A DNA stretch of 64,000 nt from Octopus sinensis (GCF_006345805.1 NC_043006.1:69254001-69318000); one strand, 5' to 3'. Shown: positions 24,555 through 37,900, counted from the stretch's first letter. Translations and numbers: made by a program. Notes: generated by a model from the letters alone, not told the origin.

Positions 24555-25289
24555 AGCAGTAGCGGCTTCAACTTGAACAACACAACCTCATGTTTAGTAA
24601 CAAGGTATTTTTGCACTCATAGAAGGACGTAGAAATAAGTCCTCACCACGACACTTCAATAAGTGGAGCAAGGAGAAATAAGCGCAAATTCAGCTGAGCT
24701 CTCATTATGAATGTGGCTTTTGTTAACATAAAAGCATCTGAGTGAGTTATAGCTGAACGGCTGCTAAAAGGGAAGAGAGGGCGGGCTGGTGAAACCCCAA
24801 ATCCCTAAAGTTCAGTAGCACCAATTTTAAGAACTCCGAAAGATGTGCGGCTAATCAGTTAAGATAGGGGATAGACAAACTATAATAGCAATAAATACTA
24901 CAACAAAAATAACAATCGACACATCAACAGCCACCAGAACAACAACCTCAACAAAAGCAACAACAAGGGATAAACCAGGAGCAACACTAACAGAAAGGAA
25001 TAGCAGCAAAAGGGGCATAATAAAAGACAACAACCATTTCAGCCACAAGGGATGGACTAATGACAGCAATCATCCGCGGACGGGGCTCTTCACCTACACA
25101 GTTCTTCGAAAGAAGAATAAGTTGATAGACTCAAACAAAGAGAGCATTTTAACCACATTTAAGGGTCTTAATACACGCACCCTCTCCGTAACTCCTTACA
25201 TATTTTGAGAAAGCGTTTCTCACAGGATTTATCCAAGATCAGTGATTGCAATCGACTCCCTCTGCTTTTTGTTTCTTCTCTTAGAATGG

Positions 25290-25440
25290 CAATACTGAGG
25301 AGGCTATATAAATGCTTATGGACTGAGGGCAGTATGGTTGCAGGGACAGCAGCGACCTCAGGTTAGTACGTCTAGATGTAGTAGTCATTAACGAGAGCAG
25401 AATTTCTGAAATGCAGTCGTTTATCCCTTCTGTGCAGCAG
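25290..25440 (+). mobile_element. Tx1/L1-type endonuclease N-terminal fragment
   Basis: INAYGLRAVWLQG / DLRLVRLDVVVINESRI resembles the N(V/A)RGL and DV..I.ETR motifs of APE domains. Confidence 0.45.
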
Positions 25441-26399
25441 GATTTACACCGCCTCCGGCCCTTTATGAGCTGATTTCAAATTCCATCAAAGTCAACTTTG
25501 TCTTTCGTCCTTCTGGGGTCGATAAAATAAGTACCAATGGTGTATTGGCACACACACCACACACACACACACACAGAAACACTTACACACATATGCGTAT
25601 TTATAAATGTAATTCGACCAGCCCTTTCGCCAAAATTTCAGTCCTTTCTTGTAGAGAGAATTATTATAATTAAAGGAGTTAAGTAACTCAATGGCCTTCA
25701 CTTTTGCAGCAGTGCGCTTATCAAACAGTTTCGGTGAGTAAAATAAAGAATGTGCGTGTGTATGTGTGTATGTGTGTGCGTGCGTGCCCGTGTGTGTGTA
25801 GTACTAAGATTCGGTGTTCAAAACATCACACACACACACTCACACATAAACGCACGTGTATATGCGTGTGTATTATGTATTACATATATATTCATATAAA
25901 TAAATACGCTCGTATACGTTTGTGTGCGCGCATTATACATACATATATACACGCGCGCGCACACTCACACACACACACACACGCATATATATATATATGC
26001 GTGGGTTTATTTATGAATGTGTATAGAACAATATTTCATCCACAACAAACTTCATTCTGGATTAGGAAAGTAAAGTTTATAGAAACTGCGCGAGAATAAT
26101 CGAACACCTTAACGCTTTATCTCCAACAACCATACACCCACCCGACCAACCCTACCACCACGACGACCACGACGACCACCACCATCACCACTACCACCAC
26201 TACCACCACCACCACCACCACCACCACCATTGATTATTTTGTTCCCCCTTTTCTCTCATCCTCCCATCCTCCTCTTCTTCTGCCCTACAAACATTGCTGC
26301 CTCTCCTTTCCTCCCCCTTCTTCCCTCCCCCCCTGTTCGATGCATGTGTGCTCACTTGAATTTGTCAAAGACACTTATTGATTCCTCTCTTACTCTACC

Positions 26400-26615
26400 C
26401 CACCCTCCACACCACCACCACCACCACCACCTCCGCCGCCGCTCACTCTATCCCACCCTATCCCCACGTCAACATTTCTAACACCTACTGCTTACCCCAC
26501 CCCACCCCACACCACCACCACCACCACCTCCGCCGCCGCTCACTCTATCCCACCCTATCCCCACGTCAACATTTCTAACACCTACTGCTTACCCCACCCC
26601 ACCCCACCACCACCA
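26400..26615. repeat. Tandem duplication of a ~107-bp C-rich unit
   Basis: CTCCGCCGCCGCTCACTCTATCCCACCCTATCCCCACGTCAACATTTCTAACACCTACTGCTTACCCC occurs twice, identically. Confidence 0.95.
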
Positions 26616-26717
26616 CCACCACCACCACACATTCCCACCCTCTCTCATCCTCTCAATGCCCTACTCCCACCGACATCGCCACCGTCACCCCACTCTCCCC
26701 CACCAGCAATTGCCAAC

Positions 26718-26811
26718 GGGGGGGTAGGGTTAGGGGAGGGGGAATGAGAGAGGTGGTGTGCGGCAATAACTAGCATAAATTATAAATACTGCACGTGGCG
26801 CCATCTGGCTG
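26718..26811. promoter_or_regulatory. Candidate regulatory cluster: G-quadruplex motif, TATA-like box, E-box and reverse CTCF-like site
   Basis: G7-TA-G3-TTA-G4-A-G5 at 26718-26742, TATAAATA 26781-26788, CACGTG 26792-26797, TGGCGCCATCTGGCTG 26796-26811. Confidence 0.35.
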
Positions 26812-27759
26812 CCTTCTTCTGCAGTCTTATTTTTTTTCGTGTAATTATTGTTGTTTATTGTTGTCACTTATTGTCACTCATTGCCGTTATTATTGTTGTT
26901 GTTGTTGCTGCTGCTGTTGTTGTTATTTACATTGTTTTTGTTATTGCAGCTACTTTCTATTTTTTTTCTTTTTACTTTTGCTGTTGTTCGCGTTATTATT
27001 GTAATGTTGTTGTTGCTGTTGTTGTTGTTGTTGTTGTTGATGATGTTATTGGCGACTGAGATCAAACAGAATTCAGCAAATCGAGAAAAAAAAAAGATAA
27101 ACGAAACAAAAAAAAAAACCCCGCAATAAATGAAGAAATGGAAGGCGAAAAGCAGATGAAGATACGGTGGTGATGGTGGTAGTGGTGGCGGTAGCGATGC
27201 TGATGATGGTGGTGATGATGATGGTGATGATGATGATGATGATAATGATGAAGATGTCGCTGTTAATGATAAAGTTTTTTACGACGATGTCGATGATGAT
27301 GGTAACGATGATGAGGATGATGACGATGATGATGATGATGGTGATGATGATGATGTGATGATGATGATGACGATGATGACGACGGCGATGATGACGAAAG
27401 AGAGAAGAAAAATCAAGAATATTAGAAAAAATATCTTAAGATATTGCATTGATATTCAGAATATTGTGGCGTTAATATGGAGTGGTGGGCATGGAGTGGA
27501 GTGGAGAGGTGTGGTGTAACGTGGCATTGTTTATAGTGGGAGTGGGGATGGTGCGAAGTATTCAGTGGTGTGGTTGGGGTAGTAGTGAAGAGGTGGTGAG
27601 GTGCAATGAGGGTTGGTTAAGTTGTACAAAAGCAGTCGCTGCAAACATGGCCGACTGATTAAGAAGTTCCTTTGGCAATCACAAGGTCCTCGCTTCGATC
27701 CCACTTCGAGACGTCTCGGTCGAATGTCTGTTACCGTCGCCCAGGGTCGACCCAAGCGT

Positions 27760-28075
27760 TAAAGAGTACAAAGGGCAAGACCCCACTTTCGGTCACGAAG
27801 GGCCATGGCATTGTACCTAGAAAGTTACCCTCCAAGGCACAAGTCCAGGCAAGGTTGTGGAAGACCAGCAGTCGGCCATACATACCAGCCTCCATTCTCC
27901 ACGCCACTGATGTTATCCAAGGAAAAGGCAAACGCCGATACAACTTGGCATCAGTGACGTCACAACTCATTCCGACTGTTGAATGAACTGGAACAACGTG
28001 AAATAAAGTGCCTTAAGTGTCTTCCTCAAGAACACAACACACAGCCCAGTCCAGGAATCGAACTTACTACTTCAT
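27760..28075 (-). mobile_element. Family D SINE with long tail
   Basis: Shares the family D body. The tail matches 53300-53495. Confidence 0.75.
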
Positions 28076-28321
28076 TAATGCGTACCCGACGCTCTACCCA
28101 CGGAGCCATGTGCTTGGACTGTACCTCTTAAATAGAAGTAAATACTTGACGTGGCTGTTTGCTAAGAAGCCTTCTTCCCAACAACAAGGTCACGGATTCA
28201 GTCCCACTGCGTGGCACCATGGTCAAGTGTCTGCTTCCATGGCCCCATGCTGACCACAGCCTTGTGAGTGGATTTGGTAGGTGGATATTTTAATTTTGTC
28301 GTGTATGCATATGTATATATT

Positions 28322-28597
28322 GTTTTATTCTTTTACTTGGTTCAGTCATTTTGACTTCGGCTATGCTGGCGCACCGCCTTTAGTCGAGCAAATCGCCCCC
28401 AGGACTTATTCTTTATAAGCCTAGTACTTATTCTATCACGCTATTTTACCGAACCGCTAAGTTACGGGGTCGTAAAGACTCCGGTATCCGTTGTCAAGCG
28501 ATGGTGGGGGGAGCCCAAACAAAGCCACACAAACACACACACACACACACATACACACACACACTCACACATATATACATACATACATATATGTGTA

Positions 28598-28636
<39 letters not shown>

Positions 28637-28795
28637 CGGGCTTTTTCAGTTTCCGTCTACCAAATTCACTCACAAGGTTTTGGTCAGCTCGCGGCTATAG
28701 CAAAAGACACTTGCCCAAGGTGCCACGCAGTAGGTCTGAACACGGAACCATATGGTTGGCAAGCAAGCTACTTACCACACAGCCACACCTGTGCC
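28322..28795 (-). mobile_element. Family A SINE
   Basis: Reverse complement of the family A consensus. Confidence 0.88.
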
Positions 28796-28845
28796 TCTCT
28801 CTTTCTCTCCTCTATCTGTCTCTCTCTCTCTCTATGTATATATAT

Positions 28846-28922
<77 letters not shown>

Positions 28923-28954
28923 TAAGGTTTAAGTAGTGGGTAGCGATTTTTTCA

Positions 28955-29357
28955 TTACTTCAGGGAGTGACGACCCTGCCTGACACGAGCCCCGGGCTCA
29001 GCTGGCTCCGGCTGACAGTACCCGGTATGGGCCCCTATCCAGGGTTACGGAAAGGAGACAACCTTCAAAGAAGTCCGGAGTTGACCCCAGTAGGCGGTTT
29101 AGTGTTCGATTCGACATTCCTCCGGCAGCTCCTGCAACCAAGCTGGTGCCAAACGTAATGCTCTGCACTCCTTAGGACTACGTTAGCAAGGTTGAGAGAA
29201 GAATCCTGACGATTGGGCTACCCAAGATATTCTTACATCTAGCCCAGGCTTGCGCAAAACTGGAGAGAACATGAAATGTAAAAACCAGACTGGATTAGTT
29301 TATGCGCAACTCCATTGTCTCCCGAGACAAAAGGATGCCAACAACAACAACAACAAT
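28955..29357 (+). mobile_element. Unclassified GC-richer retroposed element ending in (CAA)n
   Basis: About 400 bp with sharp GC contrast, ending GAGACAAAAGGATGCCAACAACAACAACAAC. A short-tandem tail like this is typical of RTE-type mobilisation (inference). Confidence 0.4.
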
Positions 29358-29432
29358 ATATATGTTAAGGTTGCCATTGGTTTTATGTTAAGAAAAGAAT
29401 CTTAATATCTTAACAATTTTCCAAACCGGTCA

Positions 29433-29589
29433 CATGCAGGAATGGTGTGGTAAGTAGGTTGCTTAATAATCACATGGTTCCGAGATCAGTCTAACTGCAT
29501 GGCACCATGGGCAGGTATCTTCTATTATAACCTCTCGCCGACCAAAGCCTTGTGAGTGGATTCGGAGGACGGAAACTGAAAGAAGCCCG

Positions 29590-29623
<34 letters not shown>

Positions 29624-29840
29624 GCATGTATGTATATATATATGTGTGTGTGTGTGAGTGTGTGTTTGTGTGGCTTTGTTTGGGCTCCCCCCAAAATCGC
29701 TTGACTACCGATGCCGGAGTTTTTACGTCCCCCGTAACTTGGCGGTTCGGTAAAATAGTGCGATAGAATAAGTACTAGGCTTACAAAGAATAAGTCGTGG
29801 TGTCGATTTGTTCGACTATAGGCGGTGCGTCTGTATGGCC
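29433..29840 (+). mobile_element. Family A SINE (diverged)
   Basis: Consensus match. Confidence 0.85.
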
Positions 29841-30085
29841 ACAACATTCTAGTGTTTTTGCTGAGATTTTTCTTGAGAATACACTCTACGAGATAAGGCG
29901 ATTTGACGTCTGTCTTTAACATATTAGGAATCCAACTTAGTGGTCATTCCTCTTATTAATTGTAATATAATTTTAAATCTTCGTATTTCTTTTCTTCTGA
30001 AATTTGCTAGACCACTGGTTTAAATTGATGTTAATTGATTGATATCAATTTCTCCCCTCATTATTTAATTTAAATTTTATATCTA

Positions 30086-30188
<103 letters not shown>

Positions 30189-30220
30189 TTATCTATCAAT
30201 CTATCTAGCTAGCTAGCTAG

Positions 30221-30278
<58 letters not shown>

Positions 30279-30419
30279 ATATATATATATATATAATATA
30301 TATATATATACATGGCAAGTTAAAGACTGAAGATGGAATATACGAGATTTATATATATATTTCGTTTTGGGATTTGGTTTGCAAGATTCTTTATATGAGT
30401 TCGTGTGTTGAAGCATATT

Positions 30420-30634
30420 CTGTTGTGTCTGGGTAGAGTCTTTCCACTTTTTTCTTATTTTTATTGTCCTAAAATTTTCGTTGCGTTTTGCAACCTTTTC
30501 AATGGTTTTGAAAAGGTTGTAAAACGCAACGAAAATTTTAGGACAATAAAAATAAGAAAAAAGTCGAAATTTTATCGGTGCGTGTGTTAAATAATAAGGC
30601 TCAAAAAGAAAATGACTCTACCCCAGACACAACA

Positions 30635-30635
<1 letters not shown>
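30420..30635. repeat. Nested inverted repeats: 57-bp hairpin arms (30446-30502 / 30508-30564) inside an outer ~21-bp IR (30420-30440 / 30614-30635)
   Basis: Inner arms pair fully, with one G-U and a 5-nt loop TGGTT. Confidence 0.95.
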
Positions 30636-30713
<78 letters not shown>

Positions 30714-31064
30714 CCTTTTTGTGTGGTGGGGATGTTTGGGTGTGTGGGTGTGTGGATGCTCCCGTGTTTATCCCCGCCACTTTTTTCGTAGACTGACGGA
30801 GATCGTGAAAGGTGTATCGTGCAACTGAAGCCTTCACATACTAAGGCGTATTTAGTATTTTTGTTTCGTTTTGTATGTGTTGAATACTGCTTTGTAATTT
30901 TGTAGTTAACTGTGGAGAGAATGAGAAGCCTGCGTCGGTCAGCATAACCCATCGATAAATCTATTGAACTATTTTTACAATATTGTTCGTTCTTTCTGGT
31001 GGCTAAATATGGTTTCTGTAATTGCTCTGTGCGTCGTTTTGCCTGTTGTCTTTTTATTATTTTT

Positions 31065-32660
31065 TAATGTCTGTTGTGAATTTTGTGGACATCCCATTTT
31101 TATCATACTTAGGTTACCCACAATAACAAGAACAGTTCTCGCTTCATCTTTTGCATTTCAATTTCCAGGTCCTTATACTCTCTCTTTTACTCTTTTACTT
31201 GCTTCAGTCATTTGACTGCGGCCATGCTGGAGCACGGCCTTTAGTCGAGAAAATCGACCCCATGACTTATTCTTTGGAAGCCTAATACTTATTCTATCGG
31301 TCTCTTTTGCCGAACCGCTAAGTTACCAACATCAGTTGTCAAGCAATGCTGGAGGAAGGGAGGGGGGCAAACACACACATATATATACATATATACGACG
31401 GGCTTCTTTCAGTTTCCGTCTACCAAATCTACTCACAAGGCTTTGGTCAGCCCGAGGCTATAGTAGAAGATACTTGCCCAAGGTGCCACATAATAGGACT
31501 GAACCCAAAACCATGTGGCTGGTAAGCAAGCTACTTACCACACTGCCACTCCTGCGCCTATATTTACTTAATTTGTCAAATTCCTTTGCAGATATATTTT
31601 TATCAATGGGAATACTTACATCTATCAGTCTACAACTATTTTCTTCTCTGTCCTTAATGACTATGCCTGGTCGATTATTCTGGATCATTCTGTCGGTGTT
31701 GTCTGGAAAATCTCAGAGGTGTGTGACATTTTTACCTTCAACGACTGGCTTAGGATGGTGTTTCATACCAGCAAGCAGGAGTGCTGATTTTGTAGTGTTT
31801 ACATATTTTTTAATGTAAATACTGTCCTATCCCATCGTGGCGATTTTTGTATTCGTTTGGTACCAGCGCTGGACATCCCGAGACGAGATGGCTTATTGTT
31901 TCGTCAAATGTATCGCAGAATCTGCATTTAGGGTCAGAACCGTTTGGAAGAACGTTAGTCTGGTAGTTTTTGGTAATCAAGCTTTGATCTTGTGCCTCCA
32001 AAATGAAACCTGCAGTCTCTGCTTTCAGTCCTGAACTTCTCAGCCACTGATGGGTTGTTGCTTGGTCTACATCAGCATTTCGGCTTCGAAGTATATACTA
32101 TCCATGCAGAGGCTTCTGACTCCACCACTCCTCAATCTGTTTCTGCCCGTTCTTTTTTTCAGTCTGATTGATCTATTTCGCTTCTTTGGTGGCAGTGATT
32201 TCAGGTTTTTCATCTAATTCAGAGTTAATGCCAAGCTCTCTTGAGAATTTGCAAGCTTCCTTGCTGCTTTCGTGTTTGTCGCAAACCGCAGCAGCCAGTT
32301 CTCTGTACTAGATAAGTACCCGTTCGTTGCTATTGTGGAGGTCTTATTGTACAGTTCCCCCATTACTTCTAGTTATGTACAGACAATCAACATCTGCTTT
32401 TGTGTGGTGCATGTTCTTAGGTGTTAGTATTTTTTCTTGTCTTCCTGCCCAGGCATTGGGACCCTGTAAGATTTCAGTTAATTATGTTAAAACTGTATTA
32501 ATGGCATCGATGCGATTTTTGGAGTTGAGTTCAGTTTTTTGTATGAGTTTTACTCTCCTGTAATACTCCTTTCTTATTATTTTTTCCTTTTTACAATCTC
32601 CTTCGTTTATCCCCAGGTATTTATAACTTTCTTGTGGGTCAAATTCCTTGATAGTAGCGT
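31065..32660 (-). mobile_element. Decayed R4/Dong-clade (RLE) LINE, interrupted by a family A SINE at 31184-31558
   Basis: AQDQSLITKNY...CRFCDTFDETISHLVSGCP...RHD (CCHC); NNRPGIVIKD...LIDVSIP...KLSKY, continuing as KDLEIE on the other side of the SINE. Confidence 0.85.
31184..31558 (-). mobile_element. Family A SINE nested in the Dong/R4 LINE
   Basis: Consensus match. It splits the KLSKY/KDLE coding segment. Confidence 0.88.
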
Positions 32661-32699
32661 CGGTATCTAATTTATATTATTATTATTATCATTATTATT

Positions 32700-32930
32700 A
32701 TTGAGTGAGAGAGCAGTGCAGGCCATCAAAGTGACACTGGGGTAAAATATACGAAGCCCAGTATACCCATCATAACTACCCGTCTGATAAGGGTACACTA
32801 GGCTCATGCATCACAACCATATGTGCGCGACATGGTGATCTCATATCAAGATAAACAGGACATGACTTTGCAGGTGGGGGTTGTTTAAGATCAGAAGCCA
32901 TGAGAGCCACTGCCTGGTACTGCATCAGGG
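32700..32930 (-). mobile_element. Element E fragment flanked by (TTA)n
   Basis: Reverse complement of 38780-38964. Confidence 0.75.
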
Positions 32931-33009
<79 letters not shown>

Positions 33010-33021
33010 ATTGTTGTTGTT

Positions 33022-33057
<36 letters not shown>

Positions 33058-33081
33058 ATTATTATTATTATTATTATTATT

Positions 33082-35920
33082 CAGTAGTTTTATTTTTATA
33101 GCGTGCTTTCACTTCACTACCGAGCACAGCTCTGTGTGCCTTGGGTATGTACTGTGATTTGTTGTGATGCTCTGATGGTTATTGTATGGAAAGTGTTCTG
33201 CGTAGGATGTGTGCAGTGCCTAGTAGTGCAATTTTCTGTATGTTATATGTGTTTGTAAGTCCTGGTGTTTTTGTTATGTATTTGTCTGAATATTTTTTTA
33301 TCATGCCTAATGCACCTACTATGATAGGAATTGTTTCTGTTTTCAGATTCCACATTCTAGTTACCTCTATTTCCAGGTCTTTGTATTTTGAGAGTTTCTC
33401 CATTTCTTTTAGAGACACGTTGTCATCAGCCAGTATTGATACATCAATTAGAAAGCATTTTTTTCTTCATGGTCTCTGACAACTATATCTGGTCTGTTGG
33501 CCTTAATTTCTCTATCTGTGTGTATCGGCATATCCCAGAGTATGGTTGCTTTCTTGTTTTCTGTGACCTTTTCTGGTGTGTGCCTATACCATCTTTTTTC
33601 TGTTGTTATTCCATAATGTTGGCATAGCTTCCAATGTATGTAGGTTCCAACTCTGTCATGTCTGTGAATATATTCCTTCTTAGCCAGGACTGGGCAGCTA
33701 GAGATAATGTGATTTATTGTTTCTTGTCCATCTCCACATATTCTACAGTTACTTGTAATATTTCTTTTCATTACATGTTTTTGGTAATTTCTGGTGGGGA
33801 GGCTTGGTCTTGTGCTGCAATTAAAAATCCCTCTGTTTCTGCTTTGAGTCCTGAGCTTCTCAACCATTGCTGGGATTTTTCTTTGTCTATTTCTTTTGCG
33901 TTTAGTTTAGTGCAGTATTTACCATGAAGGGGCTTTTCTTGCCATCGTTTTATCATGGTTCGTTGCTGTTCTATTTTTAGTTTGGATTTCATTTGTTTTA
34001 TAGCTTTTGTTGTTTCTTCATCTTCTTCTTCTTCTTCATGTTTATTAGGTGGTATGATTTCTTGTTTGTATTTGTCAGCTTCCTTAAATACTGAGAACAG
34101 TTTTTTGTTTTGCTCGTGTTTTGCCGCTATCTGGATCAGTTTTCCTTCCTTCTGAAGTAGATATTTTTGCAGTACTATGGTGGTTATTTTATAGTAGTTT
34201 TCCAGCTGTATAAGGCCTCTACCACCTTCTATACGTTGTATATATAGTCTTTCTATGTCAGATTTTGGGTGATGCATCCTAGATCCTGTCATTATTTTTC
34301 TTGTTTTCCTATCTATTTTGGTCAGTTCATTTCGTGTCCAGTTAAGGATATTGTAGCTGTAACTTATACTGGGACAGCTAAAGTGTTGATACCTATTATC
34401 TTGTTTTTAGCATTGAGCTCTGTGTTTAGTATTGATCTAACTCGTCTATAATATTCTTTTTTTATTTTCTCTTTCATTTGTGTGTGTTGTGTCTTATCTA
34501 GTTCATGGATTCCTAAGTATTTGTAAGTTTGGCTTTGGTCTAATTCTTTTATTTCATTGGTTTTATCTAGTGTGATGTTGTTACTCTTAACTAGTTTTCC
34601 TTTTTTCATGGTTACTTTGGCGCATTTTTCTAATCCAAATTTCATATCTATTTCTTTGGTAAATCCATGAACTGTCTTTAATAGTGTTTCCAGCTGTTTG
34701 TCATTTGCAGCGTATAGTCTTAGGTCATCCATATATAAAAGGCGGCTGATCGTTTTGCCGTAACATTTATATCCGCATCCAGTTCTATTTAGCATATCAG
34801 ATAGAGGTGACAGTGCCAAGCAGAAAAGGAGTGGAGAGCGTGTCTCCCTGGAATATTCCTCTTCTAATGGGGATGTCTTTGGTTTTCATGAGTCCCTCTT
34901 TTGTTTGGAGGTGTAGGACTGTTTGCCATTTATTCATAGAGTGCTCTATGAATTTTATGATTGTTGGTGCTACTTTGTTAATGGCTAGTGTTTCGAGGAT
35001 CCATGTGTGGGGGATGCTATCAAACGCCTTTTTGTAGTCAATCCAGGCCATACGAGGCCTTTCTTCTTTCTGTGGCTGTCTTCAGTTATGGCTTTATTAA
35101 TCATTAGTTGATCTTTACAGCCATATGAGCCTTTGCGGCATCCTTTCTGCTCTTCTGGGAACAGTTTGTTTTCGTCCAGGTGCTTGTTCAGCCTTTGTGA
35201 TATCACTGCAGTAAATGCCTTGAACATAGTAGGGAGGCAGGTTATTGGTCTGTAGTTTTCTGGTTTTTCTGTTTCATTTGATTTGGGAATTAAGATGGTT
35301 TTCCCCTTCGTGAGCCATTCAGGCATTGTCTCTGGCTCTGCTAGTATGCTGTTAAAGTTTTCAGCCAGCTTTTTGTGCATTCCTGTTAGATATTTCAACC
35401 AGAAGTTGGGGATCTTGTCATGCCCATGTGCCTTCCAGTTGCTTAGTCTTTGCAGTGCCTGGGTGACCTCTTCAGTTGTTATGGGGGTCCAAAGTTGTTC
35501 AGATGCCGAGTTTGTTATTTTGATACTCCTTTTTTTTGGTGGTTCGTTCGCCGACCATATTTCTCGCCAGAATTCTTCCAATTCTTCTGCCGTTGGTGCT
35601 GCAGTGACTTCTATTTTATTTTTGCCCAGTTCTTGGTAGAACTTTTTGGGGTTGGAGTTGATCTTTTTGTTTTCTTCAAAGAAGCGTTGGCGTTTCTTGT
35701 ACCGGCGGATCCTTTGTGCTTTGGCAAGGATATCTTGCTTCAGCTTTTCTTTTATTTCAGGCAAATCTTTCTCTGTGATGTTATATTTGCGGAGTATTTT
35801 TGTTCTCTTTTTGTTGCTCAGTAGCGTTGATTGTTTGCTGATTTCATTAAGAATCGACAGGTCTTTTCTAATTTTTTTATTTTGCTTTGGATGTTATTTA
35901 TCCACAGGGTTTGTTTGGGT
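33082..35920 (-). mobile_element. 5'-truncated R4/Dong-clade non-LTR retrotransposon (RT + CCHC + restriction-like endonuclease), frameshifted
   Basis: NYRPITCLPT, QKGCRKGSYGCKDQL, WIDYKKAFDSIPH, GIFQGD, LYMDDLRLY, CRICGDGQETINHIISSC, RHD, NRPDIVV, LIDVSIP, EKLSKYKDL, spread over six ORF pieces. Flanked by (TTA)n on both sides. Confidence 0.95.
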
Positions 35921-35966
35921 GGTGGTATTATTATTATTATTATTATTATCCTCCTCCTCCTCCTCC

Positions 35967-36003
<37 letters not shown>

Positions 36004-36207
36004 TATTATTATCATCATCTTCATTATTATTTTAAACTTTTAATCAGCATGTTTGTTACAATCACTTGCCGAGACACACCCAGCGTCCTGGGCCGAGTGA
36101 AAGATAAGAGATGTTACAGTTTGACTGAAAGCTTGGGGAGAAGAAGTGGCAGGGGCCTTAACGAAATATCTTCATGTAATACAACACAGACATTTAAATG
36201 GATAGGG

Positions 36208-36248
<41 letters not shown>

Positions 36249-36263
36249 CATCATCATCATCAA

Positions 36264-36325
<62 letters not shown>

Positions 36326-36656
36326 CATTATTTAGTTGTTTTATGCTGAATTTCTTGATGGAAGCCAGTCCATTGTGTTTTTCTGAAGATATGTAGAAGC
36401 TTTGTTTGTTTGATTCTTTGTTTTTCTTTTGTTTTTGTTTTCTTTTTTTTTTTTACTTGTTTCAATCATTGGCGACCATCTTGAAAGTCTTATTCGAATA
36501 AACCGCCCCAATACTTACTTTAAGTTTCATATATATTCTATCAGCATCGTTATTGCCGAAGCGCTAAGTTACTGGGGCGTAAACAAACGGACACCTCTTG
36601 TCAAGTGATGTGAGAGGGACAATGACAAATACGATGATGCACATATAAATACATTG

Positions 36657-36765
<109 letters not shown>

Positions 36766-37049
36766 TGTGTGTGTGTGTATGTATATATATGTATATACAT
36801 ACGTATATACATTCGTATGTGTTTACATTCATACATACAAACACTCACAAGGTTTCACACAGTTTTTATCTGCTACATTCATTTGGTTGGTTCGGGCTAT
36901 TGTCAAAGGTGCCATTGCTACAGATCTGAACCCGAAACTTCTTGAATACACAGTTATGTCTGCTCCCATCTAAAATTTATTCTTACAGCATCTAGTTTTC
37001 CCAGGTGGATATTCAAAGAACTAGGCTCAGACGAGAACCAGTATTTCAA

Positions 37050-37900
37050 AGGCGATACGGCCGTAAACGGGTTGTTGTGTGAGCATGTTGCGTTGGTACT
37101 TAATAGTTGATCACAGGACAGCCGCGCTATTGTTTACCAATTGTAGCTGAGGGTATCGAAATAGAACGCTGTATCTGAGGAAGAGTTGCCTTGGTAAGGT
37201 ATATCTGTGTGCTGGTCTGTGTTGTTTAGGATATAAAGGGAGTTCAGTTGTGTTGCTATTGTCACAGCATTTCTTTGTATGGTTAAATTCGAGATGCTTT
37301 CTTTGTGTGTGCCTATTTCATAGAAGCATTGATCATAGACCCAACAGCTATATTATTTGTTAGTTGAAGATCTCTATTAATGAATAAATGTATCGCTTCC
37401 ATGAATCAAGATGTACTTAATGGGTTTTATGTGTATCTAATTACAAAGTTTTATTTTTATTATTCTGACTGCAACAAGTAATACTATAGTTCCATTCTCG
37501 ATTTTAAGAATTCGTCTATTAAGTCACATGGCACTAATATATGTTATGTTCCATTTTAATGAGATTTTTGATCCCATATTCATCTGTTCTATTCTAAAGA
37601 CAAGATTGAATTGGCTCATATAATATTCTTTGCATGTTTTGTTTTTTGCATTATTTTATCTAAATGTTTCTTTTGCATATATTACATTGAATTCGTTCCG
37701 GCATTGTTCTATAATTTGGTCAACTAATTTATTTGAAAAGCCTTTAATAACAAGCTTGCGTTTTTCACCAAGAGTTTCTTTGTTTTGTAATTCCTCTGTG
37801 GGAGAGAATCTAAAGACCGTTCTGGTAAAGGGTATAGAAACCGAAGTGTTATATCGAAACAGACCCAGATATAATCAGAAGACTACGAGCGTGGCATCTA
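37050..37900 (-). mobile_element. Highly decayed Penelope-like RT remnant
   Basis: Minus strand MGSKI (~37570) and YIL/DSWKRYI (~37395) echo the MGTK.AP and WKRYLDD motifs. The DD is lost and there are many stops. Confidence 0.35.
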
